Shown: positions 50,763-60,827 of the stretch, piece by piece
Layout of the letters: each line of letters opens with the position of its first letter
Position numbering within the stretch: position 1 is the stretch's first letter
Source of the DNA: a virus
IMG/VR virus record: IMGVR_UViG_3300043446_003513
Span: 42,680-106,679 of that record
Direction: 5' to 3' (one strand)
DNA: 64,000 bases
Translations under genes and position numbers: made by a program
Notes under the pieces: model-generated
The model's input: the letters and a program-made list of their open reading frames with translations, nothing else
The model's database searches: none
What the model was told of the DNA's origin: nothing

Positions 50763-53700
50763 TATTTACCACCAGCCGTATATGTTAAGCTTCTGCCCAT
50801 TCTTATTTCCTCAAATTTAGTTTGTTGTTTGTATGCAGCAATTGTATCATTTATTAATGCTTTTCTATCGTCTGGGTGGATCTTAGCCTCAAATGTGAAA
50901 TTAAACACAGCCGAATTGCTTTGACTTGATACCAATCCACCATTTGCATATTTTACTGTCCCCATAGACATACTAGGTATGTCGTATCTTGCTGCAAGTC
51001 CGCCGCCAGCCATTCTATTGATTTGATCCAACATTGGAACACCAATATTTCTAACTGCAGATGCTTTAATTACATACTCACCATTTGAAAGCATTGCTGG
51101 AATGGAGTCCGATGTTCCATTTCCTGGCCCAGAAATAAATCCTCCAACAGCAGCTCTTCTAATTCTAAATTGATTATTTGTTGTTAATTCTGTTCTATAA
51201 ATTTTGCCCTTATAATATATTAAATCTCCTGGAGCAACTAACTTTCCACCAAAATTTCTTGGATTCCTATCAATTAAATTTTTTCCAAAAAGTGGTCCAG
51301 TATATTCTGGATAATTTTGTGCATTTGGAGTTGTTGTTTTTCCAGACTCAATAATTTTTCCTGGCTGTCCACCAAAATCTCCTGCCATGCCAGCTCTTTC
51401 TCCGCGTGACCTTTCAATTTCTTTTGCTTTTATAAGAACGTCAATTAACTTATTTAATTTTTCATCTAATGTTTTTCCACTAACATTCCATGTAGAAGTC
51501 ATTGCTTCTTGTAATGGCGCTTGAAGTTCTCCCATTGCTAACTTTATTGCCATAACTAAAGCTTGCTTTTGTTCTGCTGTTGGATTGGCCAATAAGCTAA
51601 ATCTTGAAATAAAATTTTCTATTCTTGTTGAAACATCAGACACTTTAGAGGTGTCTATATTAGAAGCTGCAGCTTGACCTGCTTGAGCCTTTGAAGACAA
51701 TCCTTTTTCTGACGCCTTTAAAGCTTCAAGTGTTTTCTTTAGGCTTGCATCAATTCGTTTTAATTCAGGAGTAAATTTTTCTATTCTTGCTGAACGGTCA
51801 TCTTCAATAGCAGTTCTTGCCAATTCATATTGTCTGTCTCTATTTACTTGATCTATTCTGGCTTTTGCAGCAGCTGCCGCTTGAACATTTCCAGTAGCAA
51901 TTGCATTCTGATATTCAAGTGTAGCTTGTGCAAGTTCTGACTCAAAATCTGCTGAAGCTTTTGTAGCATCTAAGGCTTTAAGTCTTGCATCTGCTTCTTT
52001 ATTAATTAAATCAATTTTATCTTGAATTGCTTGCTTTTCTTTATCTGCCTGTTCTTGTGCTTTATCTCTTAAATCTGAAATTTTTTGTGAACTTTTTTCT
52101 ACAGCAGAAGAGTAACCATATTGTGATTGAGTTAATTGTTTAACTTTATTATTTAAACCATCAAATATTTTATTTGCAGAAAGGAAATCTTTTGTTTTTG
52201 CACTATTTACATCTATATAATTTGCTAAACTAAATAGTTGTGCTCCTTGAACATCGGATAGCTCAACTTTTATTCCAGAGGCAAGAACTTTTGCTTTTGC
52301 TAAAACTTCTCTAAATGTATCTGTAGAATTAATCACGTTTCCAAGTTCTTTATTTTGAGCAAGAATTGTATCTCTAACTTCACTACCAATTTGTTTTGTA
52401 GACAAGAAGCTAGTATTTAATTTATCTAAACCAATTCCAGATTGAGTTATTATGTCAGAGGCCGCAAGTAGGGACTGAGCCATGCTTCCTTGATTACCGC
52501 CTTTGATAGCATTATTTAACGAATCTATAGAAGATTTAGCAGCAGTTGCTTTGTCTTGAATTGCAACAAATCCTTCGTCTGCTATAGCCTTAACTGCCTG
52601 TTTTCCTTTTCCAGAAGCAGTGATCAAGGCGTAAACAGCATTTGTAGCTTCTTCTATGCTCATGCCTGAAGCAACAAATGCAGCTTTATAGTTTTTAGCA
52701 ATTTGAGTCACATCTTGTTGAGTAGCAGCATTTTTAAATTCCGCAATAATTTTTGGAGAAGATTGTTTTACAGACTTAACTGCATCTTTTAACTGTTGAT
52801 ATGTAAGAGTCAAGCCCTTAATATTTTTAATGCTTCCTTCATTCAGAGCACTTTTTGTTGCAGCTTCATAAAGTTTTTGTTCTTCTCTTGCTCTTTTAAT
52901 TCTTTCGCCAAGCGTTTCGTAATTGGTGGCTATTTTTTTAACATTATCTGCTTTTGCTCCGCCTGTGGCAGCCTCTGCTTTATTTAATGCTTCTCTTTCT
53001 TTTCTGGCATTTAGTATATATTTGCCTAACATAAATGCACCAGTAAGTACTAACCCTGGTATAGACAAAGATTTAAGTATTCTTGCCAAATTAAAAGCAA
53101 TGCCACCAGTTGCCTTTAATGTTGTTAAAAACTTTGCTCCTCCACTTAACAATTGTGGACCAAACATTAATGCTGCTCCGCCAGCCATTGCTGCTTTATT
53201 TCCGCTACCCATTCCGCTAAACATTAAGGCCTGTCCAGCCATTCCAGCGGCCATTCCTCCAGCGCCTTGTCCAAAACCTGTTCCAGTTAATCTTCCAAGC
53301 ATTGTACCTTTTGCTGGCAAGAAGCTCTTTTGTGTTCTTAATAACTCATTCCAATTTTGAGCTGGCTCTCTCATTCCTGCAATACTAATTCCAGCAATTG
53401 AGTTTCTTACAGAAGATATTGTAGTTCCAATTGAAGTTGCAGCAGCTTTTCCAGCACCAGAAATTGCTGTTCCCATTGCCAACATAGAATCTGTTATTGA
53501 TTTTCCAGCCATTTGAGCTTGTACGCCAACTTTAAGTGGCATATCTTTAACTGCTTGCCCCAACATATTTACACCAACTAAAGTTTGTTGTGCCGCAAAT
53601 TTTGCTTGATCAAATATAGGTTGAGATAATTGTGTGAATACTGGAGTTGGCAACATTGGATGACCAGGATAATTTGGAGAAGTTCCTCTTACTTGGAAGT

Positions 53701-56700
53701 CTGAAAATCCTCTACCACCAGTATTTGATCCACGAGTTCTTCCAGCTTCTCCACCTCTGGCAAAATATTGAACTCTTCCTACTGGGCCTCCTGCATTTCT
53801 AAATGCTCTTGAAGATCTCCAACCAGCCATCATGCTTCTTTCGGCTTCAGTTCTTTGATGAACTGCTGGCCTAATTGAAAGATTTTGTCTCATTATATTA
53901 AGTATTTTATTCCATTTTGAAGGAGTTTCCTTGAGCCCTATATGGCCTCTTTGCGAATCAAATACTTTGGAGATTGTATCTTCTTTTCCAAATGGAAGTG
54001 CCTTTGATGGCACTGTTTCAAAAAGCTCCCTTGACAAATTGACGTGATGAATGTTTTGTGCACCAGAAAATCCACTGCCAGTACCAACTAAATATGTCGG
54101 AAGTTTAACGTCATCAAATCCAAATTGTCTTGAGGATCCTCGTACTCTTCCTTTTGCTCCTACGCCTCTTTGTTCTCCAATTATTCTTAACTCATCAGTA
54201 AAACTTACTTGCCTGCCATACTTTTTGCTTTCTCTTGTAACACCCTTTAATTCGTCCCAAACCAATCTTGAAGCTGCGTCTTCATAATCCCTAAATGTTA
54301 TTTGTTGGTTTGGATTTATAGAAAAATGTTCAACTAATTTGTCATATGCTCTTCTTAAATGAATTTTTAAAACTTCTTTATCATATCCTAATCTAACCCC
54401 TTGTTCATAAAATAATCCCATTGGGTGAAGACCTCTATTATGCAAATTAATTAAATCATCTAATACATCTTTATTAGTTATAATAACATTTGATGCAACA
54501 CCTTGACTTGCAGACCTTGCCTGTTGTCCGAAATTGTTATTCAAAGTTCTGCCCTGATGAACCATTCCTGCAATCATAAATGGTTGTTGCATATTTTGAA
54601 GTAAGGCTGTATTGGGCAAAGGAGCTACTGCTCCATTTGACCCTTCATTAAATAATGGACCAGCAGTTCCTGGGCCATTAATAGCTTGAAGTAATGGTAA
54701 ATTTTTTCTGGTTGCTTCTGCATTTACAACAAACTCACCTGGGGTAAGCATTGCTGGAACAGTATCCATATTTCCAGTTCCTGGCACAATGTTTCCCTGA
54801 TTAAATCTTTTTGGCATTGTTGTTTCAATGCTATATCCGCCACCATAAGTTTTAACTCCTAAACTTCTAGCAATTTTATCTACTAGCGCTGAAGTTTTTG
54901 ATTTATGGAACATTTCCTTCATATTAGATCTACCAGTTGTTGGATCAACTACTGGCTGTCCAGTAAGAGGAACTGTTGTAATATTTGCAACTCTGCCTTG
55001 AGTTGCTGCAATTGCTGCAGAAGTTTCTGCCATCATGGCTTCTACTTGTGCATTTAATGCAACAATTCTAGCTCTTGCTTGGTCAACTGTTATCTTATTT
55101 GCTTTTACCTCTGAAACAATTAAAGATACTTCCTGTGCGGCATTTGCAGTAATTTCAGAAAATTTTGGAAGAAGCATTTGATATGATTCAGATAATGAAT
55201 CTGTAATTGCTCCAGTAGCTGCTACTTGTGCTTTAAGCTGTGCAATTTCTTGTTCGGATTGCATTGAAAGGGCTGCTGTCATTGAATGCCATTTTGCGGC
55301 TTCTTGTGCCACTACTCCAGTTGATGCTCCCCCAATTGCAGTTAATTTATCAATTTTTGGAAGATCAGAAGACATATATGCTTGTGGGTTTCTTCCAATT
55401 TTAAGATTAACTGGTCCTGGTCCTGGAACAAAACTAAATATATTTTGTGCATCTTTTTCTGCTTGCGTCATGTTGGCAAGAGGGTTCATGTGCATGCTTG
55501 CTCTTGTGCCCATGCCACCAATTAATGGATGAGCTGGGTTTGCAACTCTTTCTTGTGAAACTTTTCCAGGCATAATAACAGATCCACCAATTGTAGATAT
55601 TGCTGGATTTATAGCCATGGCAGAATTTGCTGCTCTTGTTTCTAATAATCTTAATTCATTTGAAAGATTTGCTATTGCACTAGACAGTACTGATGCCGCT
55701 TTTGCGTCGCTATAAAATGTTGCCTCTAATAAACTTCCAGCTTTTTCTGCCGCCAAAATTTCTGGAGTTAAAAGTCGCCAACCCTCTCCACCTTTAAATA
55801 ATGATTTGAAGTGGAAGATACCTTTTACTATGTAACCAAAAAAGTTAGCTAGCAAACCAGTTAACATAATAATTGGTCCAGCTAATGCTGTAAGTCCTCC
55901 GACAAAACCTAAAATATTTTTAACTGGGTCTGGCAATTTATTGAAGAAGTTAATTGCTTTATCAATTATAGTAATTACCTTTGTTCCAATATTTAAGAAA
56001 GATTCTCCAGTTTGTGCCAAATCTGCTCTTAAAGTTTCTAATGCTCTTCTATATTTACCAGAAGCAGATTCTGTAATTTGTGCCAACTCTCGACCAGCAA
56101 TATTTGCTAAATCAGAAGAGCTTGTTTTCATCAAGTCTAGAACTTGTAAGGTTTGGCTTCCCTGTTTACCTAAGTTTGCAAATAAAGCGTTAAGTCTTGA
56201 GAATTGAAACTTGCCAAATAGTTGTTCAATAGCCTGTTGTTTCTGCAGCGGATTTAATGTATCTAATGCTCTTTGAAGTTCTAAAATTGTGCCTGTTAAA
56301 TTACCAGCATTTTTTGTCACAATTCCTTCTAAATCAATTCCAAAGTCTGCAAACATTCTTTTTGCAACATTTGTTGGATTAATTAAAGAAGCTAATGCTG
56401 ATTTAAGCGCATTTGCACCTTCAGATGCACTAATTCCGCCTTCTCTCATAGCGGTTAAATATAAAGCAAGATCTTGTACACTTCCGCCTAATGATTGTAC
56501 TACTGGACCAGCTTTTGGGATTGCTTCAACCAAATCTGAAAGGCTTGTTGATGTTTGGTTTTCAACTGCGTTAAGAAAGTTAATTGATTCTGCTAATTGA
56601 GATGTATTTTGTTTAAATGCTGTTTGAATTGCAAGAGTTGCTTTCATAGCCTCTTGTCTATCAACTTCACCAAGAATTGAAAGTCTAGTAGCTTCTTGTG

Positions 56701-57526
56701 TGGATTTTAATAATTCATTACCCTGCTTTCCAGTTGCCGCAATATCGGCCGCCAATGCAATTGTATCTCTATATGAGGCTCCATATGTTTGAGATAATTC
56801 TCTTGCTGTTGCTGAGACATCTTCTCTAATCTTTTTAAGGTCAGAAGCATTTGTTGCTGCAATTCCACCATAAACCTTAGTTAACCTTACAAGTTCTTGA
56901 TCTGCTAATCTAAAAGCATCCGCTGCTGCTTTACCAAATGCAGTTAATGGCAAAGTTAAACCAACTGTTAGTTGACGACCAGCCCACTGAGTATTTTTAC
57001 CCCAGTTAATTAATTGGTTAGCACCTTGCTGCATAACCTTGTTCATAATTTGCAATTCTTGTCTTGCTAATGCAGCACTATGTTTTGTTTTATCTAAACC
57101 TGCAGGAATATGAACGTTATATTGCATTAAACCTTGAGCATTTTTGCCCAAGGGTTGAAGAATTGCATTTTGTAATTGAACTTGTTGTTGAGCTAACTGC
57201 CTTATTAATCCGCCAGATGCTCTGGTGTGATCTTGCCAGGTTTTATAATATTGGGAAAGTTTTAGTCTTCCAGAGTCTAAGTTTTTACCAAATTTTTCTA
57301 CATCTGAAGAAAGGCTTACAAACTGTGTAGAAAATTGTCCTGTAGATCTTAGTGTTCCAGCAAACGACTGCTGTATTTGTGCTGCCTGAGCAGCAAGAGT
57401 TCTATTTGTAACATTGAGTTGAGACTGAAGGGATATTAATTTTGATGACACTTTTCCAAGATCTGCTATGAGATCTGAAAAGTCAGATTTAGCAACTATG
57501 TTAGTTACTAAATTTTCTTGTGCCAT
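50762..57526 (-). CDS. tape measure protein
   Basis: 2254 aa, Ala/Leu/Gln-rich helical TP901-type core, TM-like segments, two GPG…DS/TVPAML..GE(F/Y)V motifs; follows the tail chaperones. Confidence 0.95.
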   Translation of the reverse strand: MAQENLVTNIVAKSDFSDLIADLGKVSSKLISLQSQLNVTNRTLAAQAAQIQQSFAGTLRSTGQFSTQFVSLSSDVEKFGKNLDSGRLKLSQYYKTWQDHTRASGGLIRQLAQQQVQLQNAILQPLGKNAQGLMQYNVHIPAGLDKTKHSAALARQELQIMNKVMQQGANQLINWGKNTQWAGRQLTVGLTLPLTAFGKAAADAFRLADQELVRLTKVYGGIAATNASDLKKIREDVSATARELSQTYGASYRDTIALAADIAATGKQGNELLKSTQEATRLSILGEVDRQEAMKATLAIQTAFKQNTSQLAESINFLNAVENQTSTSLSDLVEAIPKAGPVVQSLGGSVQDLALYLTAMREGGISASEGANALKSALASLINPTNVAKRMFADFGIDLEGIVTKNAGNLTGTILELQRALDTLNPLQKQQAIEQLFGKFQFSRLNALFANLGKQGSQTLQVLDLMKTSSSDLANIAGRELAQITESASGKYRRALETLRADLAQTGESFLNIGTKVITIIDKAINFFNKLPDPVKNILGFVGGLTALAGPIIMLTGLLANFFGYIVKGIFHFKSLFKGGEGWRLLTPEILAAEKAGSLLEATFYSDAKAASVLSSAIANLSNELRLLETRAANSAMAINPAISTIGGSVIMPGKVSQERVANPAHPLIGGMGTRASMHMNPLANMTQAEKDAQNIFSFVPGPGPVNLKIGRNPQAYMSSDLPKIDKLTAIGGASTGVVAQEAAKWHSMTAALSMQSEQEIAQLKAQVAATGAITDSLSESYQMLLPKFSEITANAAQEVSLIVSEVKANKITVDQARARIVALNAQVEAMMAETSAAIAATQGRVANITTVPLTGQPVVDPTTGRSNMKEMFHKSKTSALVDKIARSLGVKTYGGGYSIETTMPKRFNQGNIVPGTGNMDTVPAMLTPGEFVVNAEATRKNLPLLQAINGPGTAGPLFNEGSNGAVAPLPNTALLQNMQQPFMIAGMVHQGRTLNNNFGQQARSASQGVASNVIITNKDVLDDLINLHNRGLHPMGLFYEQGVRLGYDKEVLKIHLRRAYDKLVEHFSINPNQQITFRDYEDAASRLVWDELKGVTRESKKYGRQVSFTDELRIIGEQRGVGAKGRVRGSSRQFGFDDVKLPTYLVGTGSGFSGAQNIHHVNLSRELFETVPSKALPFGKEDTISKVFDSQRGHIGLKETPSKWNKILNIMRQNLSIRPAVHQRTEAERSMMAGWRSSRAFRNAGGPVGRVQYFARGGEAGRTRGSNTGGRGFSDFQVRGTSPNYPGHPMLPTPVFTQLSQPIFDQAKFAAQQTLVGVNMLGQAVKDMPLKVGVQAQMAGKSITDSMLAMGTAISGAGKAAATSIGTTISSVRNSIAGISIAGMREPAQNWNELLRTQKSFLPAKGTMLGRLTGTGFGQGAGGMAAGMAGQALMFSGMGSGNKAAMAGGAALMFGPQLLSGGAKFLTTLKATGGIAFNLARILKSLSIPGLVLTGAFMLGKYILNARKEREALNKAEAATGGAKADNVKKIATNYETLGERIKRAREEQKLYEAATKSALNEGSIKNIKGLTLTYQQLKDAVKSVKQSSPKIIAEFKNAATQQDVTQIAKNYKAAFVASGMSIEEATNAVYALITASGKGKQAVKAIADEGFVAIQDKATAAKSSIDSLNNAIKGGNQGSMAQSLLAASDIITQSGIGLDKLNTSFLSTKQIGSEVRDTILAQNKELGNVINSTDTFREVLAKAKVLASGIKVELSDVQGAQLFSLANYIDVNSAKTKDFLSANKIFDGLNNKVKQLTQSQYGYSSAVEKSSQKISDLRDKAQEQADKEKQAIQDKIDLINKEADARLKALDATKASADFESELAQATLEYQNAIATGNVQAAAAAKARIDQVNRDRQYELARTAIEDDRSARIEKFTPELKRIDASLKKTLEALKASEKGLSSKAQAGQAAASNIDTSKVSDVSTRIENFISRFSLLANPTAEQKQALVMAIKLAMGELQAPLQEAMTSTWNVSGKTLDEKLNKLIDVLIKAKEIERSRGERAGMAGDFGGQPGKIIESGKTTTPNAQNYPEYTGPLFGKNLIDRNPRNFGGKLVAPGDLIYYKGKIYRTELTTNNQFRIRRAAVGGFISGPGNGTSDSIPAMLSNGEYVIKASAVRNIGVPMLDQINRMAGGGLAARYDIPSMSMGTVKYANGGLVSSQSNSAVFNFTFEAKIHPDDRKALINDTIAAYKQQTKFEEIRMGRSLTYTAGGK

Positions 57527-57532
57527 CCTATA

Positions 57533-57898
57533 TTACTCCCTTGTATATCCTAGCCCTAAATTGATTCCAAAGCCACTTTCAGCTGCGAGCTGCCCTTGTA
57601 ATGAGACAATGTCGTCTCCGCTTGCATCTATTCCCATGGCTCTTCTTCTAACATCTTCAAAGCTTGGACCGTTTTCTTCAGGCTCTTCTAAATCTTTACC
57701 TTGAATAGAAGCTATAAACTTTCTTTCTTCAAGTTTTTCTTTTTGAATAGCCTTTAGTGTTTGAATTAATTCTGGCATTGAGAGATTATCTTCTAACTCC
57801 TCGTAATTCTTCCAGTGACCTAGAAGAAAAACCTCTCCCTCTAAAGCGGCTAAATCTAGTTCTGACCAGCCAGAACTGCTGCCGCTAGAAGGTTTGGG
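57533..57898 (-). CDS. tail assembly chaperone, -1 frameshift extension (gpGT-like)
   Basis: -1 frame is open from the slippery site: …PSSGSSSGWSELDLAALEGEVFLLGHWKNYEELEDNLSMPEL…. Confidence 0.8.
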   Translation of the reverse strand, partial: PKPSSGSSSGWSELDLAALEGEVFLLGHWKNYEELEDNLSMPELIQTLKAIQKEKLEERKFIASIQGKDLEEPEENGPSFEDVRRRAMGIDASGDDIVSLQGQLAAESGFGINLGLGYTRE

Positions 57899-58188
57899 TC
57901 GTCCATCTTAATTCCTCCACAAACTTCAAGAATGCGATTGATGGTTGGGACATCTAAAGCATCTTCTAGCGCATCTCTATCTTTTACCAAATCTGGTAAT
58001 TGTTTTTCTAATGCTACTGCACATGCATCAATTAGAATATTTAATGTCTCTTCTTCCGTAGAAACTTCGCCTGTTTTTTTAATGGCTTCCATAAACTTTC
58101 TTAACTCTTTAATTGAGAGTGGTTTTAGTTTAACTTTGTTGCCATTTTGTAGTTCAATTTCTTCTACATCATATACGGTTGTTGCCAA
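57856..58188 (-). CDS. tail assembly chaperone (gpG-like)
   Basis: Between the major tail and tape measure genes; TTG start with AAGGAGG. Confidence 0.85.
   Translation of the reverse strand: MATTVYDVEEIELQNGNKVKLKPLSIKELRKFMEAIKKTGEVSTEEETLNILIDACAVALEKQLPDLVKDRDALEDALDVPTINRILEVCGGIKMDDPNLLAAAVLAGQN
57892..57898 (-). other. programmed -1 ribosomal frameshift heptamer C-CCA-AAC
   Basis: XXXYYYZ in the correct phase near the 3' end of the chaperone gene. Confidence 0.82.
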
Positions 58189-58244
58189 TTTATCCTCCTT
58201 GGATAGTCTAAATCATTATAACAAAAGGACTTTATAAACACAAA

Positions 58245-58273
58245 CAGAAATCCCCCCATAAATATGGGGGGAT
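58245..58273 (-). terminator. terminator after the major tail gene
   Basis: ATCCCCCCATA/TATGGGGGGAT stem followed by TTCTGTTT. Confidence 0.75.
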
Positions 58274-58295
58274 ACTGCAATTTAAATAAATTAAA

Positions 58296-59012
58296 TTATG
58301 CTAAAACACGGTCAATAATCTTACCGTATTCCTGTCCAGCATATGCTGTATTTCCATCTGGAAGTAGACGGAATGTTACTGGGAATGTGGTTGGATTATT
58401 GCGAGCTAACGAGAACTGTGACTGTTGAACCGAAAGAACTCGACGTGCATAATATACACGCTCTGTTGTCTTTGAATTAGATCCATCAGTTGTTGTTGGA
58501 GCTTGTCCAACTGCAACAAGTTGACGCTCTGTTGGAGCTACACCTAATGCACCTGCTGCAAGACCAAGTGTTCTTTTTCCTCCAGCTGTTCCAGCTGTGT
58601 AGGCTGTTTCGGTTTGCAATGTATTGGTTGCTGTAATATCTCCAGTATGATCTGGCTTTCCACCTTGACCAAATACTGCAAGAACATTCTCTAGTGTTCC
58701 TTCTGTCATTTCGGTTGCGATCATAACTTCCATTGACTCTTTAAAGAGTTTTGCTGTATCAAGTAACTGATCTACCGTAACAGAACCGTATGTTGGATTA
58801 TAAGTAATTTGAAGACCATTGTTTGTATAGCCAACATTTCTCCATGCTGCAGCTGCATTTAGAGTATCTGTGAAAGATGTTCCATTTGCAAATGCGTTAT
58901 AAGAACCTGGCTCCATGTTTTCTACATAGCCAGACTGTGTGCTATCTTTTGCAGATAGGAAAAGTGGCGATGCACCAACAAGGATGTTTTTGGCATTATT
59001 ATAAGTTGCCAT
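58296..59012 (-). CDS. major tail (tube) protein
   Basis: VGYT..G.Q.TY.P….V.VDQ…E.TLEN…FPVTFRLLP; strong SD AGGAGGT. Confidence 0.87.
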   Translation of the reverse strand: MATYNNAKNILVGASPLFLSAKDSTQSGYVENMEPGSYNAFANGTSFTDTLNAAAAWRNVGYTNNGLQITYNPTYGSVTVDQLLDTAKLFKESMEVMIATEMTEGTLENVLAVFGQGGKPDHTGDITATNTLQTETAYTAGTAGGKRTLGLAAGALGVAPTERQLVAVGQAPTTTDGSNSKTTERVYYARRVLSVQQSQFSLARNNPTTFPVTFRLLPDGNTAYAGQEYGKIIDRVLA

Positions 59013-59114
59013 TTGTTACCTCCTATTTATAAAACTGTATTCAATTATGTTTTTGGCTGGCTAGGCCGTCTTTCCTCTAAGACAATAATACGCTATTTTG
59101 AGCTATAAGGCAAA

Positions 59115-59627
59115 CTAAACGTACCGCCCGCTTGAATCAATCATCCTAGAGTACTTAATTTCTAACACTACATCTGCCGAAAGGAAACCCTGAAGCTCCT
59201 CTGAGGGAGTCGTTGGTGAAATATCTGATATATAAATGGTATGAAATTTAAATTTATCAGAAATTTGATTCCATCTATTAACATCTTGAGCAGATTCGTC
59301 CATTCTTCTAAATAAATCTGTCATAAAATTTCTAATTTCAGCAATTTCTGAAATATCTGTAGAATAAATTGTAAATAAAGCTTGTTCTTCACATATCATC
59401 CATGTTGTATCATATGACATTCCTATTTTGTCATACACAATATGCTTTTTGCCACTTAAAAATTGATTTAATTCTGGCTGTTGTTGTACTGGAATTATAG
59501 GGATAATGCTGGTTCCAATATTGTCACTAATATAATCATCCTCATCAAATATGCCTATGGTAGCTAGTTGGTCCCATAAATATTTTCTAATTTCTGATAA
59601 AGAATCTAATTTATAATTTACTGTCAT
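59115..59627 (-). CDS. tail terminator-like protein
   Basis: Position just upstream of the major tail gene; size. Confidence 0.6.
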   Translation of the reverse strand: MTVNYKLDSLSEIRKYLWDQLATIGIFDEDDYISDNIGTSIIPIIPVQQQPELNQFLSGKKHIVYDKIGMSYDTTWMICEEQALFTIYSTDISEIAEIRNFMTDLFRRMDESAQDVNRWNQISDKFKFHTIYISDISPTTPSEELQGFLSADVVLEIKYSRMIDSSGRYV

Positions 59628-60409
59628 AGAACACCGCCAAACGATCTAGATAGTGACGCTTTTGCTTCTAGTCCAATGGAGTTTGCCGAGAAAGCATATT
59701 TAAATGATTTAATTGTTGCTGGAGCCCTTAAGGCATCCTCCATAGCTCTTTTAAATATTTTTTCAAATCCCGACTTTTTAAATGATTCACCAACTAATTG
59801 ACTATTAAAAAATCTGCTATACGCTGATCTAAATTGCTGTTTTACCATTCGCCCTCCAGGGTTTTGAACGGTCACAGAGGCTCCAACTGGCATAAAGATG
59901 GTTGCACCATCAATCTCAAAAACAAGTCGCTTAGAAGCCTTTGGAGCAATTTTAACGGGTACTCCAGCCTCCATGATAGATGCTTTTTTGACAAATTTAT
60001 ATTTCTTTTTGCCTTTAGGGTTTGGCACATAATATCTTGAATCTAATAATTCATAATCTACCTTAAAAGATAGCCCTTCTGAATTAATAAAATTTAATTT
60101 AAATAATCTAGCTAATGGTGTTCCAATTTTTTTCCACTCATAAACATGGTGAAATGATTTTGGCTTGCTTCTTGCCTGAGCATCAATATATGCACCAAAG
60201 TCTTTTTGAATTTGTTTAAATACTGTGGTTTTAAATTTATTTTGAAATTCTTTATTATTTTCTAAATTTCCAAGTACCTGTGCTTTATAATAAAGTAGAG
60301 CAGAAATTTGAGCAACAGTTGTATCCCTCAAAACGGTATCTCTATTTGAGCTGACTAAAGTTTTTTCTAGTCCGCTTGCTGCATGTAACAACATACTACT
60401 AGATGCCAA
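59624..60409 (-). CDS. neck / tail completion protein
   Basis: HHVYEW…LF; KA..ME.G; synteny. Confidence 0.55.
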   Translation of the reverse strand: MASSSMLLHAASGLEKTLVSSNRDTVLRDTTVAQISALLYYKAQVLGNLENNKEFQNKFKTTVFKQIQKDFGAYIDAQARSKPKSFHHVYEWKKIGTPLARLFKLNFINSEGLSFKVDYELLDSRYYVPNPKGKKKYKFVKKASIMEAGVPVKIAPKASKRLVFEIDGATIFMPVGASVTVQNPGGRMVKQQFRSAYSRFFNSQLVGESFKKSGFEKIFKRAMEDALRAPATIKSFKYAFSANSIGLEAKASLSRSFGGVL

Positions 60410-60827
60410 TTTGTTGATTCTCCGATCTTTTTGCTACTGTATTATATGCAAGCACTGTGCCGAAAGGATCTGTCATCGGGGTTCCGCCAACAACTTCAAA
60501 TACTGTGGGAGTGTCTGATGGATAATCTATTTCTATCCATATCGGAGTATTTCTAGCATCTCTAATATTTGTTATTTTTTCTCTACTAGTAAGTCTATCT
60601 TTTGTTCTTATTTCTATAAGTTGAACATTTTCATATTTATTATTAAAGACCTGTCTATCTCCAGATCTGGCTGTGGTTGTGTTGCTAATAATTCCTTTTG
60701 CGTAGCATGGAACTGTTTTATAAAATATCCATTGTTTTTTTATTGCACCTGTATCTGGATCTTGTTCATCAATTTGTTTATAAAGATCTAGGTACATGCT
60801 TAATGCAGCATCAACAATTAGAGACAT
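60399..60827 (-). CDS. head-to-tail stopper-like protein
   Basis: Q…TGAIKKQW, beta-rich; synteny. Confidence 0.6.
   Translation of the reverse strand: MSLIVDAALSMYLDLYKQIDEQDPDTGAIKKQWIFYKTVPCYAKGIISNTTTARSGDRQVFNNKYENVQLIEIRTKDRLTSREKITNIRDARNTPIWIEIDYPSDTPTVFEVVGGTPMTDPFGTVLAYNTVAKRSENQQIGI

Noticed and set aside
26886-57704. Numerous + strand ORFs of 60-175 aa (e.g. 26886..27413, 45957..46373, 52923..53360)
   Set aside because: All lie antisense to well-supported - strand genes and lack recognisable motifs or initiation signals
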